Positions 12,863 through 25,100 of a stretch of DNA of 64,000 nt are shown here, piece by piece. The stretch is from Catajapyx aquilonaris (taxonomy: Eukaryota), in contig KZ537992.1 of assembly GCA_000934665.2 (NCBI GenBank), positions 1 to 64,000 of the forward strand, read 5' to 3'. The first letter of the stretch is position 1. Every line of letters starts with the position of its first letter. The translations under genes were made by a program, and so were the position numbers. Under the pieces are notes generated by a model. The model was not told where the DNA came from, ran no database searches, and saw only the letters and a program-made list of their open reading frames with translations.

Positions 12863-13390
12863 CAGTATATATTTTTTAATTATTTTATTTTGGTACCCCG
12901 TACTCAAGCCCTGGGCTTGTTTGGAGGGGGGACACACTATTTACACTGGTTTTTCACATGCATGCCACCCCCTTCGTGACATGAACAGTAACAAATGCAA
13001 ACAAAAAAAAACAATAAACAGTGAAAGACAAAAGAGGCAAAAAAATACAATAGCAATAACAATACATCAGAGTCAGATTGGCCGCTCCTAATATTAACAT
13101 AGATTTAAAATTTTGCTGCGTTCAGAAAAAAATAATAAAGTTTGAAAGCATCTCGTTTTTTTGTATCTTTGTGAATAGCATTGAAACTTTGTCAGGCAGA
13201 TAGCAAGGGATATCAAATGAAAAGCTGTGCCTTTGTGTAGAGAAAAGTTGACATTCATAGATCAGGTGAAATAACCACATAATTGTTTTCCAGTTGCACC
13301 AATCACAGATCTTCTCTGGGTTTATTTTTATTACTAACTGGTTTTGAAGTCTTATACTCATTGAATTATTTCTTAGATTTATCAAAAGGC
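12863..13390 (-). mobile_element. 5'-truncated non-LTR retrotransposon fragment in intron 4 of copy 3
   Basis: Absent from the paralogous intron of copy 1. 14-bp TSD caggcc(c/t)tattata. Minus-strand CDWC...HLIYEC resembles the C-terminal CCHC motif of LINE ORF2. Confidence 0.6.
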
Positions 13391-15604
13391 CAGGCCTTAT
13401 TATATGAAGTTTTGTTTCATGACTTTTTGCATTACTGTTCAAAACTGCCTTAAAATGTAGGACGAAATGTGAAAAATAGTGAAAATAGAAATATTGACAC
13501 AACACTGTAAAAACTCTTGAGGCCCTTAAATCTTCATGGTGCATTGAAATGCAGGTAGGCCTTGAAATGCAGCTTCTTATTTTATGACCCTGGATCCTAA
13601 ACCTGTTGTAAAACCTGTGCTTGCTGGTAATGATTCTTGTCATTTTTATTTTGACCACTGTTGATTTCTTTCGAAACATTCTTGCGTTTCTGTGGAACAA
13701 CCCTGGATTGCAAAAGTAGAGTATGCTTTGACCTGATGTGATTTCATATCTTATTTCAGGATCATGCATCACCAAGCAAGGTGGTCAAGAAGGAAGAGCA
13801 ACAGTCACAAGTTTGTGCTGATCGTGGGAAAATGTTTAACAGAGTGAAGCATTTAATGCTTCATGGGAAAGAGCACACCAAGGAGGAAGCGATCATGTGT
13901 TGACACTGTGGGAGAGTATTTACAAACAAGCACGGTCTCAGCAAGCATGCCCGGGCACAGACATGTCAAAAGTCATTCACCTGTAAAAATTGCAACCAAT
14001 CATTTGGTTCTTACAAAGACCTCTCTAACCATAATATGGGAGTTCACTCTGATGACAGGCCCTTCAAGTGTGACTTGTGCAATAGGTCATTCAAGCGTCA
14101 TTACATTTTGAAACAACATCAGAAGGACCACACAGGGGAAGGTTTGCAAGAAGCTCTCAAAAAATTACTCGGAGATGCCGTAGGTGATACTGTTGGTGAA
14201 GGTGAAAATTCTCTCCATTTTAACAGTGGTACAGAGGCATCTCTCTGCTGTCCACTATGCGGGAACAATCTGCAAACCATGAATGGCTTAATCAATCATG
14301 TACGGCAATACCATGTCCATAACAAGCCACACACTTGTGGATTATGCTTTGAGAGGTTTAATTCCAAGTATCATTTGAGTGTGCACAAGAAGCGAGCCCA
14401 TGACATTGGGGAAAAGTACATCTGCACATATTGTGGCAAAGATTGCCTTCACAAATCTAAACTTGCTAGACATGAGCGTAGTCACACTGGTGCAAAGCCA
14501 TTCAAGTGTAGCCTGTGCTCAAATGGCTTTAGTACAAGTAACTCATTGAAGCGTCACAAACTATTGGCACATTCTAATGAGACTCCTTTCGTTTGTGATA
14601 AATGTGGGAAGGGATTCAAACTGAGTGAATGTCTGAATGATCACATGAGAGCACATGAAAGTGGCATATATTACAACAATAGACAGCAGCATGCTTGCAA
14701 ACATTGCCCTAAAGTCTTAGGTAGTAAATACTCTTTGCAGGATCACATGAGAAGTTTTCATGGGGGAGACATGTCCAAGCACAGTTGCCCTGATTGCTCG
14801 TATAAATGTGCAAGCAGGTCGAATCTATTTGCTCACAGACAAAAGTTTCATGGTTATAAAGCAAGGGGACAGGAGGAACATAAGTGTTATATTTGCCATC
14901 TTGTGTTCTATTATAAGAGCAAGTTTGACATTCATATGAGATATCACACAGGAGAGAGACCGTTCAGGTGCATTACATGTGGTGAAGGTTTCGCTGCCCG
15001 TAAGTGTCTTACAAGCCACATGCAAGTGCATACTACTCAACGCAGTTGCCCATATTGTTCATTTAAAAGTGCTAAGAGATCCGTTCTGCAACGCCATGCA
15101 CAAAGGTTACACTCGGATGCAAAGCAATTTCGCTGTAATTCCTGTGGTAAGCTTCTCAAGACACGTAAGGGTCTTGTACGTCATTTGCAGAAATGCCAGG
15201 TTGAAAATGATGAAAAAAATGTTGTTCCATGAATGGTTTGATGTGTTGTCATTATTTTCATGGTTGTGCCTCTAGTTATTTTTGTTCAGGTTTCGAAAAC
15301 TGCAGCCATACGTTCCAACAAGTCCCGATGTTTGCTGCAAGGTGGCAGCCACCACCCGGGCCACTCTCTCGCCATCCGTTGGCAGGAATGTGAACTGTCT
15401 CAAAGGGCATATTCGGACGAGGCCAGGGGAAGCCGTTGCTCTATTCGGACTGGCCCAACATGGCCGAATGAGAAGAAGCCTTCTCTTCTTCTCCTCGTCC
15501 TCTTCTCCTCTGGTCGGGAAAAGGAAGAAGAAGGGGGCCTCGGATCCTCCTTCCCTCTTTTGGGGGATCTGGTGAGGAGGCCAGGGCTGGAGGAACAACA
15601 GGCC

Positions 15605-18600
15605 ATGTCCACTCGGGAGGAGGAGGAGGGTCCGACCTCCATCGCCCTGCACGAGTGTCGCTGCTGCCTCCAGACATTCCCCACGCACCTGGAGCTCCTG
15701 GTGCACAGCTTCACGCACAGCAGGTGGGACCTGGTCAGGAGGAATGCAGAAGAGAAGGATGGACCAGGAGATGGTGGCCAGGTGAAGGAGGAAGAAGGGG
15801 GACTGGAGATGGACATCAAAGTGGAGGTTGGCCCCCACTTGGCATGGGTTGTTTGGGGAGGAGGGGGATTGGGGGCATTGGAAATGGTGGCCATGGACAC
15901 CCTTCTCATCATTCGAATAATTGTTGTCTTCTTCAGGAGGAAGGACCAGCTCTGTGGCCGTGCCACTTCAAAGGAGGTCAGGATGGGGCGACTAAACCTG
16001 GGGATGGACCACTTGACAGGGGAGGCCTTGAAACGCCTGTCGACTCACCATTGCAGAGTAGCGACTTGGAAGAAGAGGTCAAGGAAGAACCGCATGCAGT
16101 AAGTAAATTGGGCTTGATCAAGAAGTTGGCAGAATGAAAATTGCATGAGTATGTGGATCAAATTTTGTGATGTATGGATGAGCCCTTTCACGTGGCAAAA
16201 ATGAATGGATTTTATATGCAGTACAACTTATACAAGTCGAACTTCCCTAAGTCGAAGAACTCTATAAGTCGAAGATAATGATGATCTTGGTTGGTCACAG
16301 TGTACAATAATCACCGAAGCGGGTTGGCATAGTGGATAGGGCGTCCGACTGCTAATTGGGAGGTCCTGGGTTCGAATCCCGGGGCCGGCAACCCTGACCG
16401 TGGTTTTCTGTGGTTCTCCTCGGTCTTTCTAGGATAATTCCGAGGTCGCTTCCGTATAATAGGCCACAGCCGCTTCCTTCCTTCCCTATCCTTGGAGGTT
16501 GAAAGGCAATGCTGGGCCAACCTCCCTAATATCAATTATGAAGTGTAAAATAATCGGAAATATACTTCCCTAGCTCGAATTTTTATAACTCAAAGTGCAG
16601 GCAGGGCCTTACAATGGATCCCTGAATCGAAGTTCATGTTGGCGAGTACGGAAAATTTTCTCATTTCTCTCTCTCTCTCTCTCTCTCCCAGCCGAAGGGT
16701 CGAGAATAATAGGCCACATGTACAGAAAGGCTCTTCCCGGATCTCCGCCTACTGAAAGAAGTGTTTGACTAAATTGTGACAATTGAATCCTTTAGTGATG
16801 ATCTAAGAGTAGGCAGATGTCCATAATGGAGTTTTTTTTACACCAAAACAACGAGGAACATTGTAAGAGTGATAGTGACAGTTATTTTTAAGTTTTGAAT
16901 ACCATTCGTCGCTGTATATAAAGATAGGCTTCTTATGGAGGTATGTGCTTCAAAAACGCCAAACTTCTCTAACTCAAATCTTCTGTAAAGTGTAAAATCA
17001 CGACTTCAACCATACAACAGGACTAACAGCATAATTTTTCAGCTGCAGCATCCAGTTTATTCTGTCATCAAAGATGAAATTACTTCATCATTCTACACTG
17101 TGCAGGGGGTGAGTCCACATTTGGTTGCAAATTGATTTTATGCACCAGAATGGTTGAGTGATGTTATGCAGTAAATAATAATTTAATTTAAATTGCAGAT
17201 AGAACTGAAGCACTTTTCTATTGTGGTGGAACCCATGTTGTTCTGCCCAAAATGCTCCAAGCCATTTGTGACAAAACAGGAATTGAAGGAGCATGAGAGA
17301 GAAGAGTGCACTGGAAGCAACGAACTAGAAAAGGTGAGGATCAGTTACTAAGCATGGCTATGATTAGGGCTGAATTCAGGCCTGCCATGGATTACCAATT
17401 ATTTCTTATTGCTATTGCTGAATTGGTTCACCAATAATTTACTATATCTTTCGAATTTTTTGCCTGGGGTGATTAATTATCCTGCTGACGACCCAGGAGC
17501 GTAGTATCGCTACTGCTTGCATGACCTTGAGAGTGGCAGGAGTGTGCAGAGGGGGAGGATGGGCCATCTATGCAAGGGGTTCAGTTCTGGACACTAATGG
17601 TGTCGCACTGTTGGTACCACGAGCCGCTGGTGGCAAAAGAACGAACTGAAGTGAAATGTTGGTTACTAATGCATCATTTTGATTTGCTCTTATGCCCCCA
17701 GTGGCTTGTGGCACCACCAGTACAATACCATCAATGTCCAGCACTCTTAAGACATGGACAGTCAGGGGCCCAGGCAGTTTTACCAAATTTTCACAAAGGG
17801 GTTCACTAATAGCGCAGACGAGCATACTTTTCAAACTAGTTTGGTAATGATGCATAACGTTCACAATCTATTCTGCTCTATGCCCCATCAGGGTCTGTTC
17901 TTTTCCTTAATGCTAAAACTACAGGTAGGTCATAATTATATTTATGATGACCACATTACAGAACTTTTCTAAAAATTATCTTAGTAGGGAATTTTATTTT
18001 TACTGGGTGTTGATTTCTTTCAAATCATTCTAAACTTGTCTGTCTGTGGCAGATGGCTAGACATAATAGCAGTCCATTGCAAATTACCGGCCTTGTCTGC
18101 ATGGGCATGGAATGCTCAGTGAACCTGTAACTCTGCTGGGAGAGGGACAGAACTGCTTCCCGACCATTCCGTGACTCCATCCTGAGTCGTCATAAAAAGT
18201 GATGACTGTGATGAAAATGAAGCAGATTCTCAAAATAGCCTCCCCTCACTTCACTTATTATTCCGATGCAATGCACAATGAGTATAATCAGGCGAACCTG
18301 TTGCTGGTCGTCCATGTCGGTCTCTGTTTCTCTGTAAACAATGGCAACGATATATTGGAAGAATAGGACTACTGGAGCAACACACATCATAACCGATGCA
18401 CGATAAGATGGCTCCGACTCTTCGATTGATGCACTGTTTCGATTTGCGGTCCCCCTCCTAGCAGAGTGTCAGGTTCACAGAGCATTCCCTGCCCATGCCA
18501 CCCACAGCAGAAAATTTTGCAAGGAGCTGCTATTATGTTCAGCGCAACCATGCAACCTAGAGTTGGAAAAGTAGAATTTGCTGACAATATCCTTGTAAGA

Positions 18601-20074
18601 TTTTCATGTTTTTTTTCAGGATTGTGCAATGCCAAACAAAATAGTCAACAAAGAGCAACAGCCACTAGATTGTGCTGTTTGTGGGAAAACCTTTAGCAAG
18701 CTGAAGAATTTAAGGCGTCACAGGAAAGTGCACATCAAGAAGGAATCTCTCAAATGTGAACAATGTGGGAGAATATTTTCAAGGAAGAGCACTCTCATAT
18801 ATCATGTTCAAACACGGCAATGTCAAAAGTCTCGCACTTGTGATAAGTGCAACAAATCGTTTGCTATACCATGTCTCCTGATTAGACATATGGCAGTTCA
18901 CTCTGATGACAGGCCCTTCAAGTGTGACATGTGCAATCAGTCCTTCAAGTTGCGTCGGACTTTGAAACAACATCAGAAGGACCATACAGGGGAGGGTTTG
19001 AACGAAGCACTCAGTAAATTAATTGGAGATGGAATTGGTGATGCTGTTGGTGAAGGTGAAAATTATTCTCTCCACACTAGCAGTTGTTCAGAGCCATCTC
19101 TCTGCTGCCCATATTGTGCAAAAATTCTCAAATCCCGTCATGGCTTAATTGCTCATATAAGGTTATACCATGTCCATGACAAGGTATACACTTGCGAACA
19201 ATGTTCTGAGGTATTTTATTCTACATATCGCTTGAGAGTGCACAAGAAGAGAGCCCATAACATTGGGAAATTGTACATGTGCAAATACTGTGGTAAAGTT
19301 CTCTTTTCCAAATCCTCACTTGCTGTACATGAACGTAGTCACACGGGTGAGAAGCCATTCAAGTGTAGCCAGTGTTCAATGAGCTTGTCTTCAAATGCAT
19401 CACTGCAGCGTCACAAACTAATGGTGCATTCTGATGCGACTCCTTTCATTTGTGATAAATGTGGAAAAGGATTCAAACTGAAGGAAGGTCTGAACGATCA
19501 CATGAAAGCACATGACAATGATGGGCAGCAGTATGCGTGCAAACAATGCCCTAAAGTCTTAGCTAATAATCAAAGTTTTCAGAATCACATGAGAAGTTTT
19601 CATGGGGCAGACAGGTCCCAGATCAGTTGTCCTGAATGCTCATATAAATGTGCAAGCAAATCGATGGTGTTCGCTCACAGACAAAGGTTCCATGGTTACA
19701 AATCGAGAGGACAAGTGGAACTGAAGTGTTCTATTTGCCATCTCGTGTTCTATTATAAGAGCAAGTTTGACATTCATATGAGACGTCACACAGGAGAGAG
19801 ACCGTTCAGGTGCATTGTTTGTGGTAAAGGTTTCGTGGCCCAAACGCGACTTAGTAAACACATGCTTTTGCATATTACTCGACACAGTTGCCCACATTGT
19901 TCATTTGAAAGTGCTCAGAGATCGGTTCTTCAACGACATATAAGAAGGTTACACACAGATGCAAAGAAATTTGAATGTAATTCGTGTGGTAAGGTTCTCG
20001 AGACACGTCAAGGTCTTGTAGGTCATTTGCAGAAATGCCAGGTTGAAAATGATGGAAAAATCATTGTTTCTTGA
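15605..20074 (+). CDS. Poly-C2H2 zinc-finger gene copy 4 (about 679 aa)
   Basis: Exons 15605-15826, 15937-16098, 17043-17108, 17199-17333 and 18620-20074; about 15 fingers in exon 5. Confidence 0.88.
16219..16990 (-). mobile_element. Degenerate Tc1/pogo-like MITE, same family as 54708-55278
   Basis: cagtacaacttatacaagtcgaa terminus. The internal sequence is reverse-complement similar to about 54760-55270 (for example gcaggcagggccttac). Confidence 0.7.
16313..16541 (+). mobile_element. tRNA-derived SINE nested in a Tc1/pogo-like MITE
   Basis: Pol III A box tggcatagtgg and B box ggttcgaatcc; about 14-bp TSD agtgta(c/a)aataatc. Confidence 0.85.
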
Positions 20075-20930
20075 ATGGTTGTATGTGTTGTAAATTCAGA
20101 CTTGTGCCTTCTATATTTTATATTTTTAGCCATGTTATTAGTCATGCATTAAACATTGACAATATTGCAATACACCTTGCTGTTAATTTCTTCCTCTGTC
20201 TAGGACACTTTTAAAATACGGTACTGTATAACAACGTGAATTATTGGGCCAAAAAAATCTTGTGTTGCAAATGTATGAGTCTGAAGATATTAAGCCACGA
20301 CCTTGGAACATTTTTTTCTTTCTTAGGTGTTGGACAATGGTGACCATAAGGGCATACTTTTTTACCATGGTCCCATGAAGTCTGTTATATCCGGAGTTGA
20401 CTGTATAATATTTGCACTTTATGACAATTTGTTGCTCTCATGGGGTCGCCTCCAACATGATTATCAGGACATTCAAATTATTGTATGCTAATGCTACACT
20501 GCTGCAACGATATTGCAGGTCTACGCGGATGGTACTGTAGTGCAGTTTATTCTGTCTGATTCATATTTTTAAAAATATAATTGTTTTCTCTCAGACGTAA
20601 CTGAACTTGTTTCGAACACTGCCGCCATACGTTCCAACTCGTTCCAACTGGTTCCGATGTTTGCTGCAAGGTGGCAGCCACCACCCGGGCCACTCTCTCG
20701 CCATCCGTTGGCAGGAATGTGAACTGTCTCAAAGGGCATATTCGGACGAGGCCAGGGGAAGCCGTTGCTCTATTCGGACTGACCCAACATGTCCTCATGA
20801 GAAGAAGCCTTCTCTTCTTCTCCTCGTCCTCTTCTCCTCTGGTCGGGAAAAGGAAGAAGAAGGGGGCCTCGGATCCTATTCCCTTTTGGGGGATCTGGTG
20901 AGGAGGCCAGGGCTGGAGGAACAACAGGCC

Positions 20931-23900
20931 ATGTCCACTCGGGAGGAGGAGGGTCCGACCTCCAGCGCCCTGCACGAGTGTCGCTGCTGCCTCCAGACAT
21001 TCCCCACGCACCTGGAGCTCCTGGTGCACAGCTTCTCCCACAGCAGGTGGGACCTGGTCAGGAGGAATGCAGAAGAGAAGGAGAAAGAGCAGGATGGGCC
21101 TGGCCATGGACCAGAAGAGGTTGATGGGGGAACTGAAGTACAAGTGAAGGAGGAAGAAGGTCTGGAGGATGGAGAGGGACTGGAGGTGGACATCAAAGTG
21201 GAGGTTGGCCCCACGGTTGTTTGGGGAGGGGGATCGGGGGCACTGGAAATGGTGGCCATGGACACCCTTCTGATCATTCGAATTGTTCTTCAGGAGGAAG
21301 GGCCAGCTCTGTGGCCATACCATGTCAAAGGAGAAGGAGGTCAGGATGGGGCAACTGAACCTGGAGATGGACCACTTGACAGGGGAGGCCTTGACATGAC
21401 AGTTGATTCACCATTGCAGAGTGTCAAATCAGAAGAAGAGGAAAATATGGTGGAAGCACCTGCAGTGAGTTAACTGAGTTTGAGCAGTTGGAGGGGAAAT
21501 GAAAATTGACCACTTTCCCGTTGCGCTACTTTAGCCGCCAAATTGGGCCTGCCATCAAAATGGCATCGATATCCTATCATCCCGCGCGAATCTCGTATAC
21601 CTATTGTATATTGGCTCGCTTGCCCGCTTCTGGTGGCCTGGCCCCGGGACAGATCATCTCCATAAATAATTCCCAGCAATATCTACCCCTGGGCCAAACC
21701 ACCAGAACAGCCCTGATTGTAATGAGAAAAGTGCGGTTTCCGCTCACAAAATAACTGCCCGGGCAATCTGCCCCGGGGCTGATTCAATTCAGGCACCTGG
21801 TAAGGGAATGGGCACTCCAAAAAAAATTTATCAACAGGATCTGACCTGGATGCCAGGTCACTAGACGAAGACAAGCAGAGTCCATTTACTATGGGCAGAT
21901 ATACGAGATTCCTGTGGGATGATAGCCTAACTATGCCATTTCGATGGCAGCCCAACTTTCGCCCTTTCAGGCGTGGAATGGTTTTGGTTCAATTTTTGTG
22001 ATGTGTAAAGGCCAAAACACAAAAAGATTTTGCGGCAGTGGCAAGCGGCAAACGCGTGCCCCGCCAATTATTATTAATTATTGGCAATAATATGCCCCGC
22101 GACAAATATGCCGCAACGCGCGCCGTTTGCCGCGCGATTTTTTTTTTAGTGAAATGGCCTTAAATGAGCACTTTCATGAGGACAAAATTAGTGGAATTTA
22201 CATGTAGGGTGCTAAAGTATTGGGGGAATAATTCGTAAGTGTACTTGTATAAGATTATAACCTCAACCGTTCATGTGTACTGACAGCATCATTTTTCAGG
22301 AGCAAATTCTCTGCTATCCTGGCATCAAAAATGAAATTCTTTCCGCATACTACACTGTGCAAGGGGTGAGTCACATTTTGGGTTGCAGTATGATAAACCC
22401 TTAACTATTTAGGTGGGGTCTGAGTGGCCCCAACCACTATTGAAATGTACGTAACTTTTTCATGAAATTTTTTTTCTTCTCCCTGTCCTTCCATGAATTA
22501 AAGGTGTTTTGGCCACCTAAGTAGTGAAGGGTTAATTTGATGCAGTGCAATGTACTTGTATATTTTGCAGTTTATGACAATTTAATTTAAATTGCAGGTA
22601 GAACTTAGGCACTTCTCTATTGCGGTGGATCCCATTGTGTTTTGCCCAAAATGCTCCAAGACATTTGTGACGAAGCAGGAATTGAAGGAGCATGAGAGAG
22701 AAGAGTGCACAGGAGGAAATGAACAGGAAAAGGTGAGGATCAATATTATCAAGCATTGATTGGATTAGGAATGATTACATGCCTGTCGTGGGTAATCCAT
22801 TACTATTTGTTGTCATTAGGGATGTATTGTAATTTAGGAGGGTCCTGCTTTTCAAATTTGTCAGGTAATGACTCATACCCTCAATCCACTCTGCTTTTGC
22901 ACCTGCAGAGCCTGTTTTTTCCCCCTTGAATCGTAAAATTTACAGGTAGGCCCTGTTTTAGAAACCTTCACTTCGTGACAGTTCACAATACCTTTTCAAA
23001 ATTACCTGGTTGGAATTTTTTTTTCAAGAAAATAATCGCAAAAAATGAAATCATAAGGGCATTGTTGCAACATATGAGGTTCTTCTCTTGTTATATGTGG
23101 TGCATTGTGGCAGGGTGTATTGGTGTACATGGCTTCAAAATTCATGGGGCGTATTTTTAAATTTAGAAAAATGGTGACACATACTGAGATAACCTTTGAT
23201 AAGTTTTGAAGCTCCATCTATAACTACCCAGGTTCTTAACCTGGGGTGCCCGCACCCCAAGGTGTGCGAGACGGCTCCCCTGGTGGCATGGCAACACCTG
23301 GGAATATCTGGCACCCTGAGTTGAAAACTTAGAGTTAACTGACAATATCCTGATATGATTTCCATCTTGTTTCAGGATTGTGCATTGCCAAGCAAGAAGG
23401 TCGATAAGGAAGAGCAAGATTTACTGGTTTGTGCGGACTGTGGGAAAACCTTTAGAAAGCTGCAGAATTTAAAGAATCACAGGAAAATGCACACAAAGGT
23501 GGAATCTTTCAAGTGTGAGCACTGTGGGAAAGGATTTTCACACAAGGGCTATCATGACAGGCATGTTCGTTTCCAGACATGCCACAAGTCATTCACTTGT
23601 GATCAGTGCAACAAATCATTTCGTAACCAGTGGAAGCTGTCCACACATATGGCAGTTCACTCTGATGACAGGCCCTTCAAGTGTGACATGTGCAGTAAGT
23701 GCTTCAAATGTCCTCACATGTTGAAAGCACATCAGAAGGACCACACAGGGGAAGGTTTAAATGAAGCACTCAAAAAATTACTGGGAGATGGAATAGCTGA
23801 TAATATTGGTGAGGGTGAAAATTCTCTCCATTCTAGAAATGGGACAGAGGTGTCTTTCTGCTGTCCGTACTGTGCAAAAAAAATGAAAACCAAGCAGAAC

Positions 23901-25100
23901 TTCATTAGACATGTAAGCGTTTCCCACGTTCATGACAAGGTATACACTTGTGTACTATGTTCAGAAAATTTTTTCACTTTGTATCGTTTGCATGACCATA
24001 AGAAGGTAGCCCATAACATTGGGATACTGTACATGTGCAAATATTGTGGTAAAATTCGGCCTAGCAAATCCTCTCTTGCTAGACATGAGCGTAGTCACAC
24101 TGGTGAGAAGCCATTCAAGTGCAGCCTGTGTTCAAAGAGCTTGAGTTCAAAGAGGTCGCTTCAGCGCCACAAGCTAATGGTGCATTCTGATGAGACTCCT
24201 TTCATTTGTGATAAATGTGGGAAGGGGTTCAAACTGAGGGAATATCTGAAGGAGCATATGAAAGTACACGAAGGTGGCCCACATCACAAAGACAGGGAGC
24301 AGTATGCTTGCACACAATGCCGTAAAGTCTTATCTAGTAAACACAATTTGCAGGATCACATGAGAAGGTATCATGGGGCAGACATGTCCCAGATCAGTTG
24401 TCCTGAATGCTCACATAAATGCACAAGCAAGCAGAACCTAATTCGTCACAGACAAAAGTTTCATGGGTACAAAACAAGGGGATATGTTGAACACAAATGT
24501 TCTGTTTGCCATCTTGTACTCTCTTGTAAGGGAAAGTTTGACATTCATATGAGACGTCACACAGGAGAGACACCATTCAGGTGCCCTGAATGTGGCAAAG
24601 GTTTTATTTCTCATCAGCTTCTAAAAAGACACGTGCGTTCGCATGCTTCACAACACAGTTGCCCGGATTGTTCATATAAAAGTGCCCACCCATCATCTCT
24701 ACGAATCCATAGACAAAGGTTACATGGTTACAGAAACAATAAGGTATATAAATGTTCCATTTGCCATTTTGTGCTCTTGTCTAAAAGAAAGTTCGACATT
24801 CATGTGCGACGTCACACAGGAGAGAGGCCATTCAGGTGCACTGAATGTTGTGAGGGTTTTATTACTCGTCATCATTTCCATCAACACATGATGACACATG
24901 GGCAGGGGAGCTTCAGCATGTGCAGCATTTGCTCCAAGAGTTTTAGTTCTCCTGCAAATTTGAAAAATCATAAATGTGAACAATCAGATGAGAAGCAATA
25001 TGAATGTAATTGGTGCGGAAAGGTTCTCAAGACACGTAAGGCTCTTGTAAGTCATTTGCGGAAATGCCAGGTTGAACATGGCGAAAGAATTCCTGCTTGA
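20931..25100 (+). CDS. Poly-C2H2 zinc-finger gene copy 5 (about 789 aa)
   Basis: Exons 20931-21203, 21294-21464, 22300-22365, 22598-22732 and 23376-25100; about 18 fingers. Confidence 0.88.
21505..21985. mobile_element. Long-TIR MITE shared by intron 2 of copies 5, 7 (about 31260-32132) and 8 (about 36958-37455)
   Basis: Termini attgaccactttcccgttg / cggaactggaaagtggtcaat (the right end is best preserved in copy 7), with internal inverted arms. Same position in all three paralogs. Confidence 0.7.
22009..22160. mobile_element. PIF/Harbinger-like MITE, same family as 12009-12139
   Basis: aggcc...ggcct with TAA TSD. The empty site gtgTAAatgagc is seen in the copy 7 paralog at about 32165. Confidence 0.8.
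22394..22535. mobile_element. Short TIR element with CCC/GGG-TTAA-type ends (piggyBac-like) in intron 3 of copy 5
   Basis: aacccttaactatttaggtgg ... ccacctaagtagtgaagggttaa. It accounts for the extra 142 bp in this intron relative to the paralogs. Confidence 0.7.

Larger units (their letters stand above)
10902..15232 (+). pseudogene. Poly-C2H2 zinc-finger gene copy 3 with an in-frame TGA at 13901-13903 (probable pseudogene or truncated allele)
   Basis: Exons 10902-11180, 11285-11443, 12359-12424, 12516-12650 and 13760-15232. Exon 5 reads TGT TGA CAC TGT (C*HC) where paralogs have CEHC, CENC or CGHC. The same frame continues open into ORF 14036-15232. Confidence 0.8.

Noticed and set aside
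13122..13775. 217-aa minus-strand ORF
   Set aside because: It spans ordinary intron sequence plus a LINE fragment and is not conserved in copy 1.
13901..13903. Selenocysteine codon
   Set aside because: The TGA aligns to a variable non-Cys position between the two zinc-ligand cysteines, and I identified no SECIS.
15260..16137. Long overlapping ORFs on both strands around exons 1-2 (repeated at each copy)
   Set aside because: These are by-products of purine-rich, GC-rich sequence with few stops. Indels between paralogs break these frames but not the spliced frame.
16313..16395. tRNA gene
   Set aside because: A and B boxes are present, but the sequence continues into a SINE body, has TSDs, and has a second diverged copy at 6455-6744.
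17480..18560. Possible TE fragments in intron 4 of copy 4 (also about 7300-7950 and 43860-44150)
   Set aside because: The sequence is absent from paralogous introns, but I could not identify termini or protein motifs to support a call.
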